Source: Candidatus Poribacteria bacterium (lineage in GTDB: Bacteria > Poribacteria > WGA-4E > WGA-3G). Taken from it: a DNA stretch of 64,000 nt. The position numbers were made by a program, and so were the translations under genes. The stretch lies in contig CAXXUA010000006.1 of NCBI GenBank assembly GCA_963663765.2, forward strand, positions 256,001-320,000, given 5' to 3'. Position 1 is the first letter of the stretch. Every line of letters begins with the position of its first letter. This document shows positions 32,088 to 42,937 of this stretch, one piece after another. Below the pieces are notes generated by a model. That model was not told the origin of the DNA. It saw only the letters and a program-made list of their open reading frames with translations, and searched no databases.

Positions 32088-33533
32088 ATGGCATATTCCA
32101 GTTTAAGAGATTTCGTCAAAGCACTCGAAAAAGCTGGTGAACTTAAGCGAATTAATACTAAAGTATCACCGGACCTTGAAATCAGTGAGATAACGGATCG
32201 CATAAGTAAATCTGGTGGTCCTGCACTTTTGTTTGAAAATGTTGAGGGTAGTGATATGCCCTTGCTAATCAACACCTATGGGTCTTACTCACGAATGGCA
32301 ATGGCACTCGGCGTTGACGACCTGTCAAGGATAGCTTACGAGATCGAAGGTATGATCAAAATTGGTCCACCCGAATCTCTTATGGATAAGGTCAAAATAC
32401 TCCGCATCCTGTCACAACTTACGAACTTTCCACCGAAAAATGTTAAAAAGGGTGCATCTCAAGAAGTAGTATTAACAGGGGAAGAGGCTTCGTTGGATAA
32501 ATTGCCCCTGATTAAATGTTGGCCGATGGATGCTGACAAATATATTACATTGCCACAAGTATTCACACACAGTCTGAAAACTGGTCAACGAAACGTAGGC
32601 ACTTACAGATTGCAAAAGCTCAATCAATATGCTTTAGCAATGCACTGGCAGATACATCACGATGGTGCATCACATCATCGTGAATATAAGCATGCCGGGG
32701 AACAGATGCCCGTAGCTATCGCCATCGGTGGGGATCCTATCATGTCTTACATCGGCACAGCACCACTACCGTCAGGGATAGACGAACTGTTGTTCGCTGG
32801 TTTCCTCAGAAAATCAAATGTAGAAATGGTTGATGCAAAAACCATTGATATGAAAGTGCCTGCAAATGCGGACATCGTTATTGAAGGTTTCATTGAACCA
32901 GATGAAACCTGTATTGAGGGACCTTTTGGTGACCACACAGGCTTTTATTCCATGCCAGACGAGTACCCCGTTTTTAGAATCACCGCAATTACGCATCGCA
33001 AGAATCCAATCTACCAATCAATTATTGTTGGTAAGCCTCCCATGGAAGATTGTTTTATGGGGAAAGCCACCGAACGCATCTTCATGCCGCTGATAAAAAC
33101 ACAACTTCCTGAACTTGTTGATATGAATCTACCGCTATTCGGTGTGTTTCATAACTTTGCTTTAATTTCAATTGACAAACGGTATCCATATCATGCGAAA
33201 AAGATTATGCACAGTTTTTGGGGACTCGGTCAATTGATGTTTAGCAAAATCATCATCGTTGTTGACAAAGATGTAGATGTGCAGAATGTTGAAGAAGTGC
33301 TTTTTTACGTAGGTAGTAATGTCGACCCAAAACGTGATGTAACCATCGTTGAGGGACCGGTTGACGTGCTTGACCACGCTGCACCATTACTTGGAGCAGG
33401 TTCGAAAATGGGTATTGATGCAACAACGAAATGGGAAGAAGAAGGCTACCACAGAGATTGGCCCCCAGAGATAATTATGTCTGATGATATAATTGAACTT
33501 GTCAACGAAAAATGGAAAAAATACGGGTTGTAA
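32088..33533 (+). CDS. UbiD-family decarboxylase (menaquinone-biosynthesis type)
   Basis: GGPALLFENV, NVGTYRLQ, EGPFGDHTGFY, GSKMGIDAT. Confidence 0.92.
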   Translation: MAYSSLRDFVKALEKAGELKRINTKVSPDLEISEITDRISKSGGPALLFENVEGSDMPLLINTYGSYSRMAMALGVDDLSRIAYEIEGMIKIGPPESLMDKVKILRILSQLTNFPPKNVKKGASQEVVLTGEEASLDKLPLIKCWPMDADKYITLPQVFTHSLKTGQRNVGTYRLQKLNQYALAMHWQIHHDGASHHREYKHAGEQMPVAIAIGGDPIMSYIGTAPLPSGIDELLFAGFLRKSNVEMVDAKTIDMKVPANADIVIEGFIEPDETCIEGPFGDHTGFYSMPDEYPVFRITAITHRKNPIYQSIIVGKPPMEDCFMGKATERIFMPLIKTQLPELVDMNLPLFGVFHNFALISIDKRYPYHAKKIMHSFWGLGQLMFSKIIIVVDKDVDVQNVEEVLFYVGSNVDPKRDVTIVEGPVDVLDHAAPLLGAGSKMGIDATTKWEEEGYHRDWPPEIIMSDDIIELVNEKWKKYGL

Positions 33534-33605
33534 ACATTAACATTGTTTCTGTAGTTGTACCTCATATCTTTTCGTTTAAATAGATAGAAATCGTGGAGGG
33601 AACAA

Positions 33606-34679
33606 ATGAAAGAGACAATTTACGATGTTGCAGTAATTGGTGCAGGTCCCGCAGGTACACAGGCAGCAGTCTCAGCAAGTCATCAGATGCGACATGTATT
33701 AGTGCTTCATTCTGGTAAGGTGAGTTTCAGTAGAGGGAGAGCCTATTGGTCGAAGTCGGTAGAAATTGAGGATGCCCCAGTTTTCCCCGGTATTACCGGT
33801 CCCCATTTTGCCAAAGAACTGATGAAATGGATGGAGAGTCGACCTGTAGTAGATTTCATGCTGGGGGACGAACACCGAAAAACAGGTATTGAGATCAGAG
33901 ACGGTCTCGTAACTCGACTGACAAGAGATAACGATGTTTTTGAATTAGAAGCCTCTATAGCAGTCCTAAAGAAAAATACCCCTATACAAATAGAACATTA
34001 CAAATCACGAACCGTCGTTGTTGCTTCAGGTTTTGACGATAAGTGGCCAGATATTGAATTTGAATCCAATGCTGAACGTTTGTATAAGCAGTACGCAACT
34101 GTGTTTCGGTATGCTGGAAATCGTAAAGGATGGCACGTCTGTATCCGTTGTGATGGACATTTGCATGTAAATGAGCATCTTGCATTACTCGGTGTCGGTG
34201 ATTATATTTATGAAGCTGCTATTGGCGCACAAGATTTTACTGATAAAATTACTATCCTTACAAATGGAAGACCCCACGGAATTTCCCCTCCCGTTCTCAA
34301 CCAGATAAAAGAACGAAAAATCAATATCATTGAGACAAAAATAAAGCGACACATTGGAGAAAAGACTGATCTCCTCGGTTTTGAAATGATGGATGGATCA
34401 GAGTTGTACTTCCACGGTTTCCTCGTAGACGAAGGGTTAATACCTAATACCAAGTTCTTGGATGGGTGGGACTACCAAAAAGATGAGGAGGGTTTGATTA
34501 TTGCTAACGAAGATATGCAGATGCTTGATAGTACTGGTGAAGCTATTCCCGGTCTTTATGCTGCGGGGGACATCATATCAGGTGAACGGAACCTGATTGC
34601 AACGGCATTTGCACTCGGTCAAGAAGCAGGTTTATCTGCATCGGATTCACTGCGAAAGTGGCATTATCCAAAAGCTTGA
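33606..34679 (+). CDS. FAD-dependent thioredoxin-reductase-like oxidoreductase
   Basis: DVAVIGAGPAG, CIRCDG (CxxC), GLYAAGD. Confidence 0.85.
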   Translation: MKETIYDVAVIGAGPAGTQAAVSASHQMRHVLVLHSGKVSFSRGRAYWSKSVEIEDAPVFPGITGPHFAKELMKWMESRPVVDFMLGDEHRKTGIEIRDGLVTRLTRDNDVFELEASIAVLKKNTPIQIEHYKSRTVVVASGFDDKWPDIEFESNAERLYKQYATVFRYAGNRKGWHVCIRCDGHLHVNEHLALLGVGDYIYEAAIGAQDFTDKITILTNGRPHGISPPVLNQIKERKINIIETKIKRHIGEKTDLLGFEMMDGSELYFHGFLVDEGLIPNTKFLDGWDYQKDEEGLIIANEDMQMLDSTGEAIPGLYAAGDIISGERNLIATAFALGQEAGLSASDSLRKWHYPKA

Positions 34680-34689
34680 TTATTGTTGA

Positions 34690-36849
34690 CTATTCTTCAG
34701 TGGCAGCAACCGTATTCCCAAGTGCGTTTGCCACTATCACTAAGTCCTGAATATTTACAACACCATCACCGTTGAGATCCGGTGTCCCTTTGCCAAAAGC
34801 GTTCGCAACAACAACCAAATCCAAAATATTCACTACACCATCTGAATTGACATCTTCAGTCAGGGGTAAAGAGGCAAAGTCCCACAAAAGCACCGTGCCA
34901 TCACCCCTGCCACTTGCGATTTTTTCTCCATCTGGGCTGAACGCAACGTTATAGATATCAACACCTATGTGCGTTAAGTCATCGCTATCACCTGCATGCC
35001 CTGTGAACGTACGAAGATGTTGTCCCGTTTCTGTATCCCATAAGCGGAGGGTGCCGTCGCTGCTGCCACTTGCGATTGTTTTTCCATCTGGGTTGAACGC
35101 GACACTATAGACAGGCCCCGTATGTCCTGTTAGAGTGCGGAGGTGTTCTGTCGTTTCTGCGTCCCACAAACGAAGCGTTCTGTCCCAACTACCACTTAGG
35201 ATTTTATTTCCATCCGGGCTGAACGCAACGCTTCTGACAGTACTAGTATGCCCTATGAGGGTGTGGATGTGTTTTCCTGTTTCTGCGTCCCACAAGCGAA
35301 TGGAGAAATCTGGAACACTTACCCCACTTGCGATTATTTTTCCATCTGGGTTGAACGCAACACTATAGATACGCCCCGTATGTCCTCCCGTATTTCCTGT
35401 TAGAGTGTGGATGTGTTGTCCCGTTTCTGTATCCCACAAGCGGAAGGTGCCGGAACTGCTGCCACTTGCGATTATTTTTCCATCTGGGTTGAACGCAACA
35501 CTATCGATATCACCTACATGCTCTGTGAACGTACGAAGATGTTGTCCCGTTTCTGCGTCCCACAAGCGTAGGGTGTTATCAAAACTGCCGCTTGCGATTA
35601 TTTTTCCATCTGGGCTGAACACAACGGTGAGGACACCACTTGCATGCCCAGTGAGCATACGGATAAGTTTTCCTGTGTCTGTATCCCACAGACGGATGGA
35701 CCTATCATGACCTCCACTTGCGATTTTTTTGCCATCTGGGCTGAATGCGATACTCTTGATAGAATTTGCATGGTCTGTGATCATCCGGATCTGTTGTCCC
35801 GTGTCCACATCCCAGAATCTAAGGGTGCCGTCATAACTGCGGCTTATGATTATTTTTCCATCCGGGCTGAACACGATTCCCGAAACAGTCCCTAAATGTC
35901 CAATGAGAGTGCGGAGAGGTTCTCCCGTGTCTGTGTCCCACAAGCGGATGGTACCATCGTCATTGCCACTTGAGATGATGTTGTTATCTGGGCTGAACGC
36001 GAGACTCCTCACATATTTCGTATGTCCTGATAGCATGCGGCGTTGTCTTGTGTTTACATCCCATATATAAACGTTAATATCCCCACTTGCGATTTTTTTG
36101 CCATCCGAACTGAATTTTACACGAGGGCTCAAATCAGACACAGGGAAGGCAGCATCATACGTTGAGATTGTGAAGAGTTGTGTGCCTGTGTCCACATCCC
36201 ATAGAACGATGATGTCTTGCTCAAGAAATCCAGTAGCGCCACTGAGGATTGTTTTTCCGTCCGGGCTGAACGCGATGTATGAGACATTATACTGATGCTG
36301 CCCAAAGGTGCGGATGAGTTTTCCTGTGTCTGCATCCCACAGACGGATAGCGTATGCGCGTCTTTCATTAAATGCTAAATACAACGGCGTCTTACTACAA
36401 CTTACGATTTTTTTGCCATCCGGACTGAACGCAACGCTAAGTATCGTACTTCCAGGTGCTGTGGGATTCGGAAAGTGTGTGATAGTGCGGATGAGTTTTC
36501 CTGTGTCTGCATCCCACATATCAATGTTAGACCTCGAACCTCCGCCTACAATTTTCGTCCCATCCGGGCTGAACGCAACGGATGAATAGTAGAATGGTTC
36601 TGTTTCTCCTCTGAGTAGGTCAAGTTCTTCATCAGTTTCTGCGTCGTAAATCCAAATTCCGACAGGACTTGCCACTGCAAAACGCGTGCCATCCAGAGAA
36701 TATGCTATATCCGTTACTCTGCCTTTACCAAGCCGCAGGACGGCTCCTTCGGGTAGATGCCAGTGTGGTGAATTTTGGGCAAAGGTGTTGGGTATAAATG
36801 TAAGCATCGTAAACAAAACGACTAAAATCAAAAATAATTTGAATTTCAT
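34690..36849 (-). CDS. Secreted WD40-repeat protein with C-terminal dockerin-like domain
   Basis: Signal peptide MKFKLF.., LPEGAVLRLGKG, many GH..SVAFSPDG..WD repeats, DVNSDGVVNILDLV tail. Confidence 0.92.
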   Translation of the reverse strand: MKFKLFLILVVLFTMLTFIPNTFAQNSPHWHLPEGAVLRLGKGRVTDIAYSLDGTRFAVASPVGIWIYDAETDEELDLLRGETEPFYYSSVAFSPDGTKIVGGGSRSNIDMWDADTGKLIRTITHFPNPTAPGSTILSVAFSPDGKKIVSCSKTPLYLAFNERRAYAIRLWDADTGKLIRTFGQHQYNVSYIAFSPDGKTILSGATGFLEQDIIVLWDVDTGTQLFTISTYDAAFPVSDLSPRVKFSSDGKKIASGDINVYIWDVNTRQRRMLSGHTKYVRSLAFSPDNNIISSGNDDGTIRLWDTDTGEPLRTLIGHLGTVSGIVFSPDGKIIISRSYDGTLRFWDVDTGQQIRMITDHANSIKSIAFSPDGKKIASGGHDRSIRLWDTDTGKLIRMLTGHASGVLTVVFSPDGKIIASGSFDNTLRLWDAETGQHLRTFTEHVGDIDSVAFNPDGKIIASGSSSGTFRLWDTETGQHIHTLTGNTGGHTGRIYSVAFNPDGKIIASGVSVPDFSIRLWDAETGKHIHTLIGHTSTVRSVAFSPDGNKILSGSWDRTLRLWDAETTEHLRTLTGHTGPVYSVAFNPDGKTIASGSSDGTLRLWDTETGQHLRTFTGHAGDSDDLTHIGVDIYNVAFSPDGEKIASGRGDGTVLLWDFASLPLTEDVNSDGVVNILDLVVVANAFGKGTPDLNGDGVVNIQDLVIVANALGNTVAATEE

Positions 36850-37341
36850 TGTAGTGTTCTCCTTTTGGGGGTTTTCGGTAAAATAATGAGATAGAGGTCC
36901 CTCATACCGCTCTTGCCTCATTTCTGATTAATAATTTTAATTCGTAGGGGCGTGGTTTCCACGCCCGATCACGCAAACTCAAAAACTAAACGGGTTGGGG
37001 AACCCAAACCCTACGTATTCAACTACCGATTTTGATTTCAAACTGCATTAGGTGTCAATATAAGGCAATATTGTTAATATTAACCATACGCTTCAGTCCC
37101 GTAGGGACGATATGTTTATCCTTCTATGTCGTTCATACGGAATTCAAGAGAAGGATGATAACGTCTTTCTATAAACATTGCGTCCCTACTGGACTAAAGA
37201 CATGGACAAGATGGCAACACATAAAGTTAACGTTATAGCAAAATATTATCAAAAATATTGAAAACTGAATAACCCTGTTATCATAGCGTCTAATTTGAGA
37301 ATAGAAATGACTATATCAGCAATCTGTCAGAATAATTTATA

Positions 37342-37468
37342 TGCACAATCTGGCAGAATGTGCTACAACTACACGCACAGTCTGGAAGAATGTGCTACAA
37401 CTACCCGCACAATCTGGCAGAATGTGCTACAACTTCATGCACAATCTGGCAGAATGTCTATTATTGGC
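37342..37468 (+). repeat. Tandem 32-bp repeats ending in a TATTATTGGCGAAGGTATTG element end
   Basis: Unit GCACAATCTGG(C/A)AGAATGTGCTACAACTACCC, about 3.5 copies; also near 38650-38740, 60362-60562 and 60967-61010. Confidence 0.85.
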
Positions 37469-37852
37469 GAAGGTATTGGTCTATGTGAAGTAGTTTTTAT
37501 AAATAGTTATTTAGTACAAGTCGCTACTTACAGGAAATTGGTAATTTTTTCTGTACACGGACCTTGTCTATGACTGGGTTTTTCCGATCAAAAAAATACC
37601 AATTTTACCAATTAGTGACTTAACGTAAATTGACTATAGTTTGGACAATTTTCATCTTGTAGAAGTTGATTATTCAACAGAATGTCTATTTTTCTACGAG
37701 TTTCATATATTTGTGAAACTGGAGAAAATAATGTGCTCCAGCGGAGTGTTATGTGCGGCTCCAACATACCGCTCCGCTGGAGCGGAGATGCGGGCTGACA
37801 ATGTGACTATAAACATATTGCTCCGTTGGAGCAAAGAAAGTTCCGTTTTGGT

Positions 37853-38246
37853 CAGAGTTATTCAGTTTTAAAAGTTTTCTGTTATTGAGATTTACTGAAA
37901 GTTAATACCCAGATGCAGTTTCCTAACTGCACCTTATACATCAATTTTAGACTATTGAAACCTGAACATCGGTCTTTAGTCCCGTAGGGACGATATGTTT
38001 ATAGAAAACGAGTGCCCTTCCCAGTTCTTTAGTCCCGTAGGGACGATATGTTTATTCTTCTATGCCGTTCCTACGGAACTCAAGAGGAGTAAATAACATT
38101 ATTCTATAAACATAGCGTCCCTACCAAATCAACGCCAAATGCGCGTATGGCATCTGTCGGGACTAAAGACATGGACAAGATGGCAACACATAAAATTAAC
38201 GTTATAGCAAATAATCATCAAAATACCCTAAAACTAAATAACCCTG
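37853..38246. mobile_element. 394-bp MITE (CAG(G/A)GTTATT ends, ISAs1-like) with 9-bp TSD, nested in another repeat
   Basis: CGTTTTGGT duplicated at 37844-37852 and 38247-38255; empty-site version of the host repeat at about 42990-43320. Confidence 0.85.
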
Positions 38247-38481
38247 CGTTTTGGTCATTATGTCTTGATTTGGTAACATAATCGGTGAACCAATTTCTTA
38301 TAAAACATGTTGGAAAAAAATTATCCAAACTATAGTAATTCGTATAAAATAGTTAATATCAACAATGATTTAGTGGTTTTCTTGCTAAGTATTTATTATA
38401 TGAAGGACTTACGTAGTTTTCATGATCCAATCAAGAATTAAGACGAAAACGATGTAATTTTCAGCATTTTTTAGGTTTCCG

Positions 38482-38602
38482 GCGCGCTTACAAAGCACGC
38501 CTACCATCGGGTGGCGCGCTTACAAAGCACGCCTACCATCGGGTGGCGCGCTTACAAAGCACGCCTACCATTGAGTGGCGCGCTTACAAAGCATGCCTAC
38601 CG
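38482..38602 (+). repeat. Four tandem GCGCGCTTACAAAGCACGCCTAC REP units
   Basis: Direct inspection. Confidence 0.85.
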
Positions 38603-39004
38603 TGGGAAAATATATGATTACCCAATAAATAAATTAATCTTCATGAAGATTGTGCTACAACTGACCGCACAATCTGGAAGAATGTGCTACAACTGACCGC
38701 ACAATCTGACAGAATGTCTATTATTGGCGAAGGTATTGATTTAGTGTTAATGGTATATTTTCTCCTTTTGTATAAAAGTAAGCAAAGAATTTTCACTACA
38801 AATTTCTGTTGATTGATGCGCGGATGACACGGTACATGCGGATCACGTAGTTTGTGTTTTTAATGTTATCTATCCAAACAATCTAAAGAATGTGTCACAA
38901 AAGACCTGCACGTTATAATGACACAACAGGTGCGGTTTCCCGCTAAATCCGTGTATGGTATTTGTCGGGAAACCGCACAAACTTTTCGTGTGGCATTAAA
39001 CGTG

Positions 39005-41104
39005 CTATTCATCAGTGACAGCAACCGTATTCCCAAATGCTTGTGCAACAATCACCAAGTCTAAAATGTTGACAATCCTATCGCCGTTGAGATCCGGTGC
39101 CGCTTTGCCAAAAGCGTTCGCAACAACAACCAAATCCAGAATATTCACTACACCATCTGAATTGACATCTTCAGTCAGGGGTAAAGAGGCAAAATCCCAC
39201 AATAGCACCGTGCCATCACCGCTGCCACTTGCGATTTTTTCTCCATCTGGGCTGAACGCAACGCTATTGACATTATACGTATGCCCCGTGATTGTGCGGA
39301 GATGTTGTCCCGTGTCTGCGTCCCACAAGCGGACGGTGCTGCCCCGCAAACGGATGTCCCCACTGCCGCTTGCGATTTTTTTTCCATCTGGGCTGAACGC
39401 AACACTATAGACAGACCTCGTATGTCCTGTTAGGGTGTGGATGCGTTCTCCCGTTTCTGCGTCCCATAAACGGATGGTGCCGTCGCTGCTGCCACTTACG
39501 ATTTTTTTTCCATCTGGGCTGAACGCAACGCTATTGACAGAACTCGTATGCCCAGTGATTGTACGGAGCTGCTCGCCCGTGTCTGCGTCCCACAAACGGA
39601 GTGTTCTGTCGTCACTTCCGCTTACGATTTTTTTTCCATCTGGGCTGAACGCAACGCTATTAACATCATTTGTATGCCCAGTGAGTGTGTGGAGGTGTTC
39701 TTCTGTGTCTGCGTCCCACAAACGGAGCGTTCTGTCGTCACTTCCGCTTACGATTTTTTTTCCATCTGGGCTGAACGCAACGCTATTGACATCTCTCGTA
39801 TGCCCATCCGGGTCGAAACCGCGGACAAGCGGATCCCCCGTGATTGTGCGGATATGTTCGTCCGTGCCTGCGTCCCACAAGACGATGGCCTTATAACTTC
39901 CGTATACGATTGTTTTCCCATCTGGGCTGAACGCAACGCTACGAATAGTATACCAAGACCCCCCACGGAGGCCGAGCAAGTGTCCTGTGTCTGTGTCCCA
40001 AAAAATGAAATTTTTGTCTTCACCTCCGCTTGCGATTTTTTTTCCATCTGGGCTGAACGCAATGCTATTGACAGGCCCCGTATGCTCTCTGATTGTCCGG
40101 ATATGTTCGCCCGTGTCTGCGTCCCAAAATTTGAGGGTGCCGTCTTTACTGCTGCTTGCGATTTTTTTTCCATCTGGGCTGAACGCAACGCTATTGACAT
40201 CTCTCCTATGCCCTCTGATTGTGCGGATATGTTCGCCCGTGTCTGCGTCCCAAAATTTGAGGGTGCCATCGGAATCGCCGCTTGCGATTTTTTTTCCATC
40301 CGGGCTAAATTCGACGCTATCGACCGTACTACCCCTACGCCCTATGAGCGTGTGGAGAATTTTTCCTGTATTCGTATCCCAGATATAGATGTCCGAATAT
40401 GGATACTCGCTTGCGGCTGTTTTGCTATCTGGACTGAATGTTACACTCCCATATATCACATGCGATATACCTTGCGTTATACCTTGCGGTGCCCTGAGAA
40501 TTGTTCTTTTGCCTGTGTCCACGTCCCACAGAATGTACCCCATGAAGATGCTGTGCCAGTGATAGAAGCTTGCGAGTTTCTTGCCATCCGGGCTAAATTC
40601 TAGGAATAGAATACGTAGTGGGCGACCCGTGTCCTGATCCTGTCTAATGGTGCGGATGAGTTTGCCTGTGTCCACATCCCACAGATGGATAGTGTATCTA
40701 CCATTTTCCAAATCATCTTCACTGCTACTTGCGATTGTTTTTCCATCCGGACTTAACGCGACAGTAGTGCCCCTTCCAGGCTCTGCGATCTCCAGAATGT
40801 GTGTGGCGGGGCGAAGGTGTTGTCCTGTGTCCGCATCATCCCACAAGATGATGCCCTTTTGTCCTGTGAGTAGGTCAAGTTCCTCACCCGTTTGTGCGTC
40901 GTAGAGCCAAATGCCGAGAGCACTAGACACCGCAAGCCGCGTGCCATCCGGAGAATATTCAATATTGTAAATTACGCTTTTACCGAGCCGCAGGACGGCT
41001 CCTTCGGGTAGATGCCAGTGTGAAGAATTTTGGGCAAAGGTGTTGAGCATAAATGCAAACATCGTAAACAAAACGACTAAGATCAAAAATAATTTGGATT
41101 TCAT
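39005..41104 (-). CDS. Secreted WD40-repeat protein with dockerin-like tail, paralog of 34690-36849
   Basis: Near-identical N- and C-termini, homogeneous WD40 repeats. Confidence 0.92.
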   Translation of the reverse strand: MKSKLFLILVVLFTMFAFMLNTFAQNSSHWHLPEGAVLRLGKSVIYNIEYSPDGTRLAVSSALGIWLYDAQTGEELDLLTGQKGIILWDDADTGQHLRPATHILEIAEPGRGTTVALSPDGKTIASSSEDDLENGRYTIHLWDVDTGKLIRTIRQDQDTGRPLRILFLEFSPDGKKLASFYHWHSIFMGYILWDVDTGKRTILRAPQGITQGISHVIYGSVTFSPDSKTAASEYPYSDIYIWDTNTGKILHTLIGRRGSTVDSVEFSPDGKKIASGDSDGTLKFWDADTGEHIRTIRGHRRDVNSVAFSPDGKKIASSSKDGTLKFWDADTGEHIRTIREHTGPVNSIAFSPDGKKIASGGEDKNFIFWDTDTGHLLGLRGGSWYTIRSVAFSPDGKTIVYGSYKAIVLWDAGTDEHIRTITGDPLVRGFDPDGHTRDVNSVAFSPDGKKIVSGSDDRTLRLWDADTEEHLHTLTGHTNDVNSVAFSPDGKKIVSGSDDRTLRLWDADTGEQLRTITGHTSSVNSVAFSPDGKKIVSGSSDGTIRLWDAETGERIHTLTGHTRSVYSVAFSPDGKKIASGSGDIRLRGSTVRLWDADTGQHLRTITGHTYNVNSVAFSPDGEKIASGSGDGTVLLWDFASLPLTEDVNSDGVVNILDLVVVANAFGKAAPDLNGDRIVNILDLVIVAQAFGNTVAVTDE

Positions 41105-42091
41105 TGCAACGTTCTCCTTTTGTAAACAGCACAGTCGCATTTTCTCTTTTGAGGTCCTCGCGTCTGTCCTGAAAGATATGAATATAACTCAAGTTGCTAC
41201 CTATAGGATTTTAGACCTGCAGACACCGTTTCTAATAGATTACAATGCACTTTTGGAAGTTTTTGTAGTGCAAACTTTAGTTTGTGTGCTAAGTGGTTCA
41301 CTCGCTAAACATTTATCATGTAGAGAACGGACAGAATAAACCCAAAAGTTCCTTCCCCCCGCTTGCTGGGGGATAAAGGGGAGTGGATTTAGGGAAGTCA
41401 AAACACAAATACTTAGCGAGTCAACCACTAAGATGCACAAACTAACAGATTATGCTACAAGGTAGCAACTTGGGTGAATATAGTGTAATTCCAAATTAAC
41501 GGAATATGTCTTTTTCCGACGGTAGGTGCGGTTTCCTAACCGCACACTTAACAAGATAAAACACATTAATTAGGTATTAGTGGTTAAGGAAATGCGTAAG
41601 CCCTGGAGAATAATCTCCAAAGTATTTTTGGATTAGTATATATCTTCTGTATAGCGTCGATTCGCTTGCTTGTTTTTCATATAGTCGTATCATTAAACTC
41701 TTAGCGAGTAGAAGCAAAGATTTTAAAGCAAGTGTGAATTTGTGTGGAAAGAAATAAACATAAATTGCCTCTCTATCTTTCCCAATATTGCCTCATTATT
41801 CTATATTGCTTAAAATGATTTAATACTCTATTGCCGAGCATACACCAAAAATTCATTTTTGTCAAATATTTTCTAATAAATTACAATATTAATTAGTTTT
41901 AGTAGTTTTTGCAGATATTTAATAAATTCGTGAATTATATGCGTATGTCCAAAAAACGTTATATACGTTACTATAGTTTGGACAATTTTTATGGGTGTAT
42001 AAAGTTTTTGTAGAAACCCTGATATTAAAAGAAGGCTGTCCAGTTTCTATCAAAACTTGCTTGACGTTAGGGAACTGTGGGCTTCGTAGGG

Positions 42092-42338
42092 CTTACTATT
42101 ACCCATAAGTCGAATTGGAGTGACAAAGGCTTGACATGCTACTGTAGGAGGAGTTTCTAACCCCGATAGAGGACAGAAAACTGGTCATAAGAACTAAAAA
42201 ACCTTGTGAAATTAGTCTAAAAGGCCTATAAAGGTATCCTACATCTAAAATATTGGTCAGTTTTCAGGCGTTTTTGAGCAACAGGCACCTACAAAAGACT
42301 TAACGGACTATACCCAAAAACTTATGGGTAATAGTAAG
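42092..42338. mobile_element. 247-bp MITE with perfect 9-bp TSD TTCGTAGGG
   Basis: CTTACTATTACCCATAAGT / ACTTATGGGTAATAGTAAG ends. Confidence 0.88.
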
Positions 42339-42399
42339 TTCGTAGGGGCGGGGTCTCCTCGCCCGCATAAAGACTCTGTTCGGGCGGGGAGACCCCGCC

Positions 42400-42937
42400 C
42401 CATAGGCGTCAATTTAAGAAAAAAGTGTTGGTGTTTCTCTTGTGGGAGGGGTTTTCAACCCCGATTTGAGAGGAAAAGCGCGTAAAATCGGGGTTGAAAA
42501 CCCCTCCCACAAGAGGTCAAAATCCTTAAATTGACGCTTATGGGGTGCGCTTACAAAGCAGGTCTACCATCGGGGGTGCGCTTACAAAGCACGCCTGCAG
42601 GTGGGCGGCGAGGATGGCGCGCTTACAAAGCACGCCTGCAAGAGGGATAAGAGGGGTGCGCTTACAAAGCACGCCTGCAGGTGGGCGGCGAGGATGGTGC
42701 GCTTACAAAGCACGCCTGCAAGAGGGATAAGAGGGGCGCGCTTACAAAGCACGCCTGCAGGTGGGGGGCGAGGATGGTGCGCTTACAAAGCACGCCTACC
42801 AGCAGGGGCGCGCTTACATAGCACGCGTATCTCTTGTGGGAGGGGTTTTCAACCCCGATTTGAGAGAAAAAGCGCATAAATTCGGGGTTGAAAACCCCTC
42901 CCACAAGAGGTGAAAATCCTTTAATTGACGCTTATGG
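42400..42937. mobile_element. Long-TSD MITE enclosing REP doublets and about 8 tandem REP units
   Basis: CCATAGGCGTCAATTTAAG / TTAATTGACGCTTATGG ends; 17-bp GGCGGGGAGACCCCGCC on both sides. Confidence 0.7.

Noticed and set aside
39015-40603. Long + strand ORFs (up to 351 aa) with periodic sequence
   Set aside because: Antisense shadows of the homogeneous WD40 repeats; no RBS or independent features.
42545-42904. Short ORFs with GALTKHAC / RLQSTPA repeats (also 49859-50596 and 38511-38696)
   Set aside because: Translations of REP arrays, not genes.
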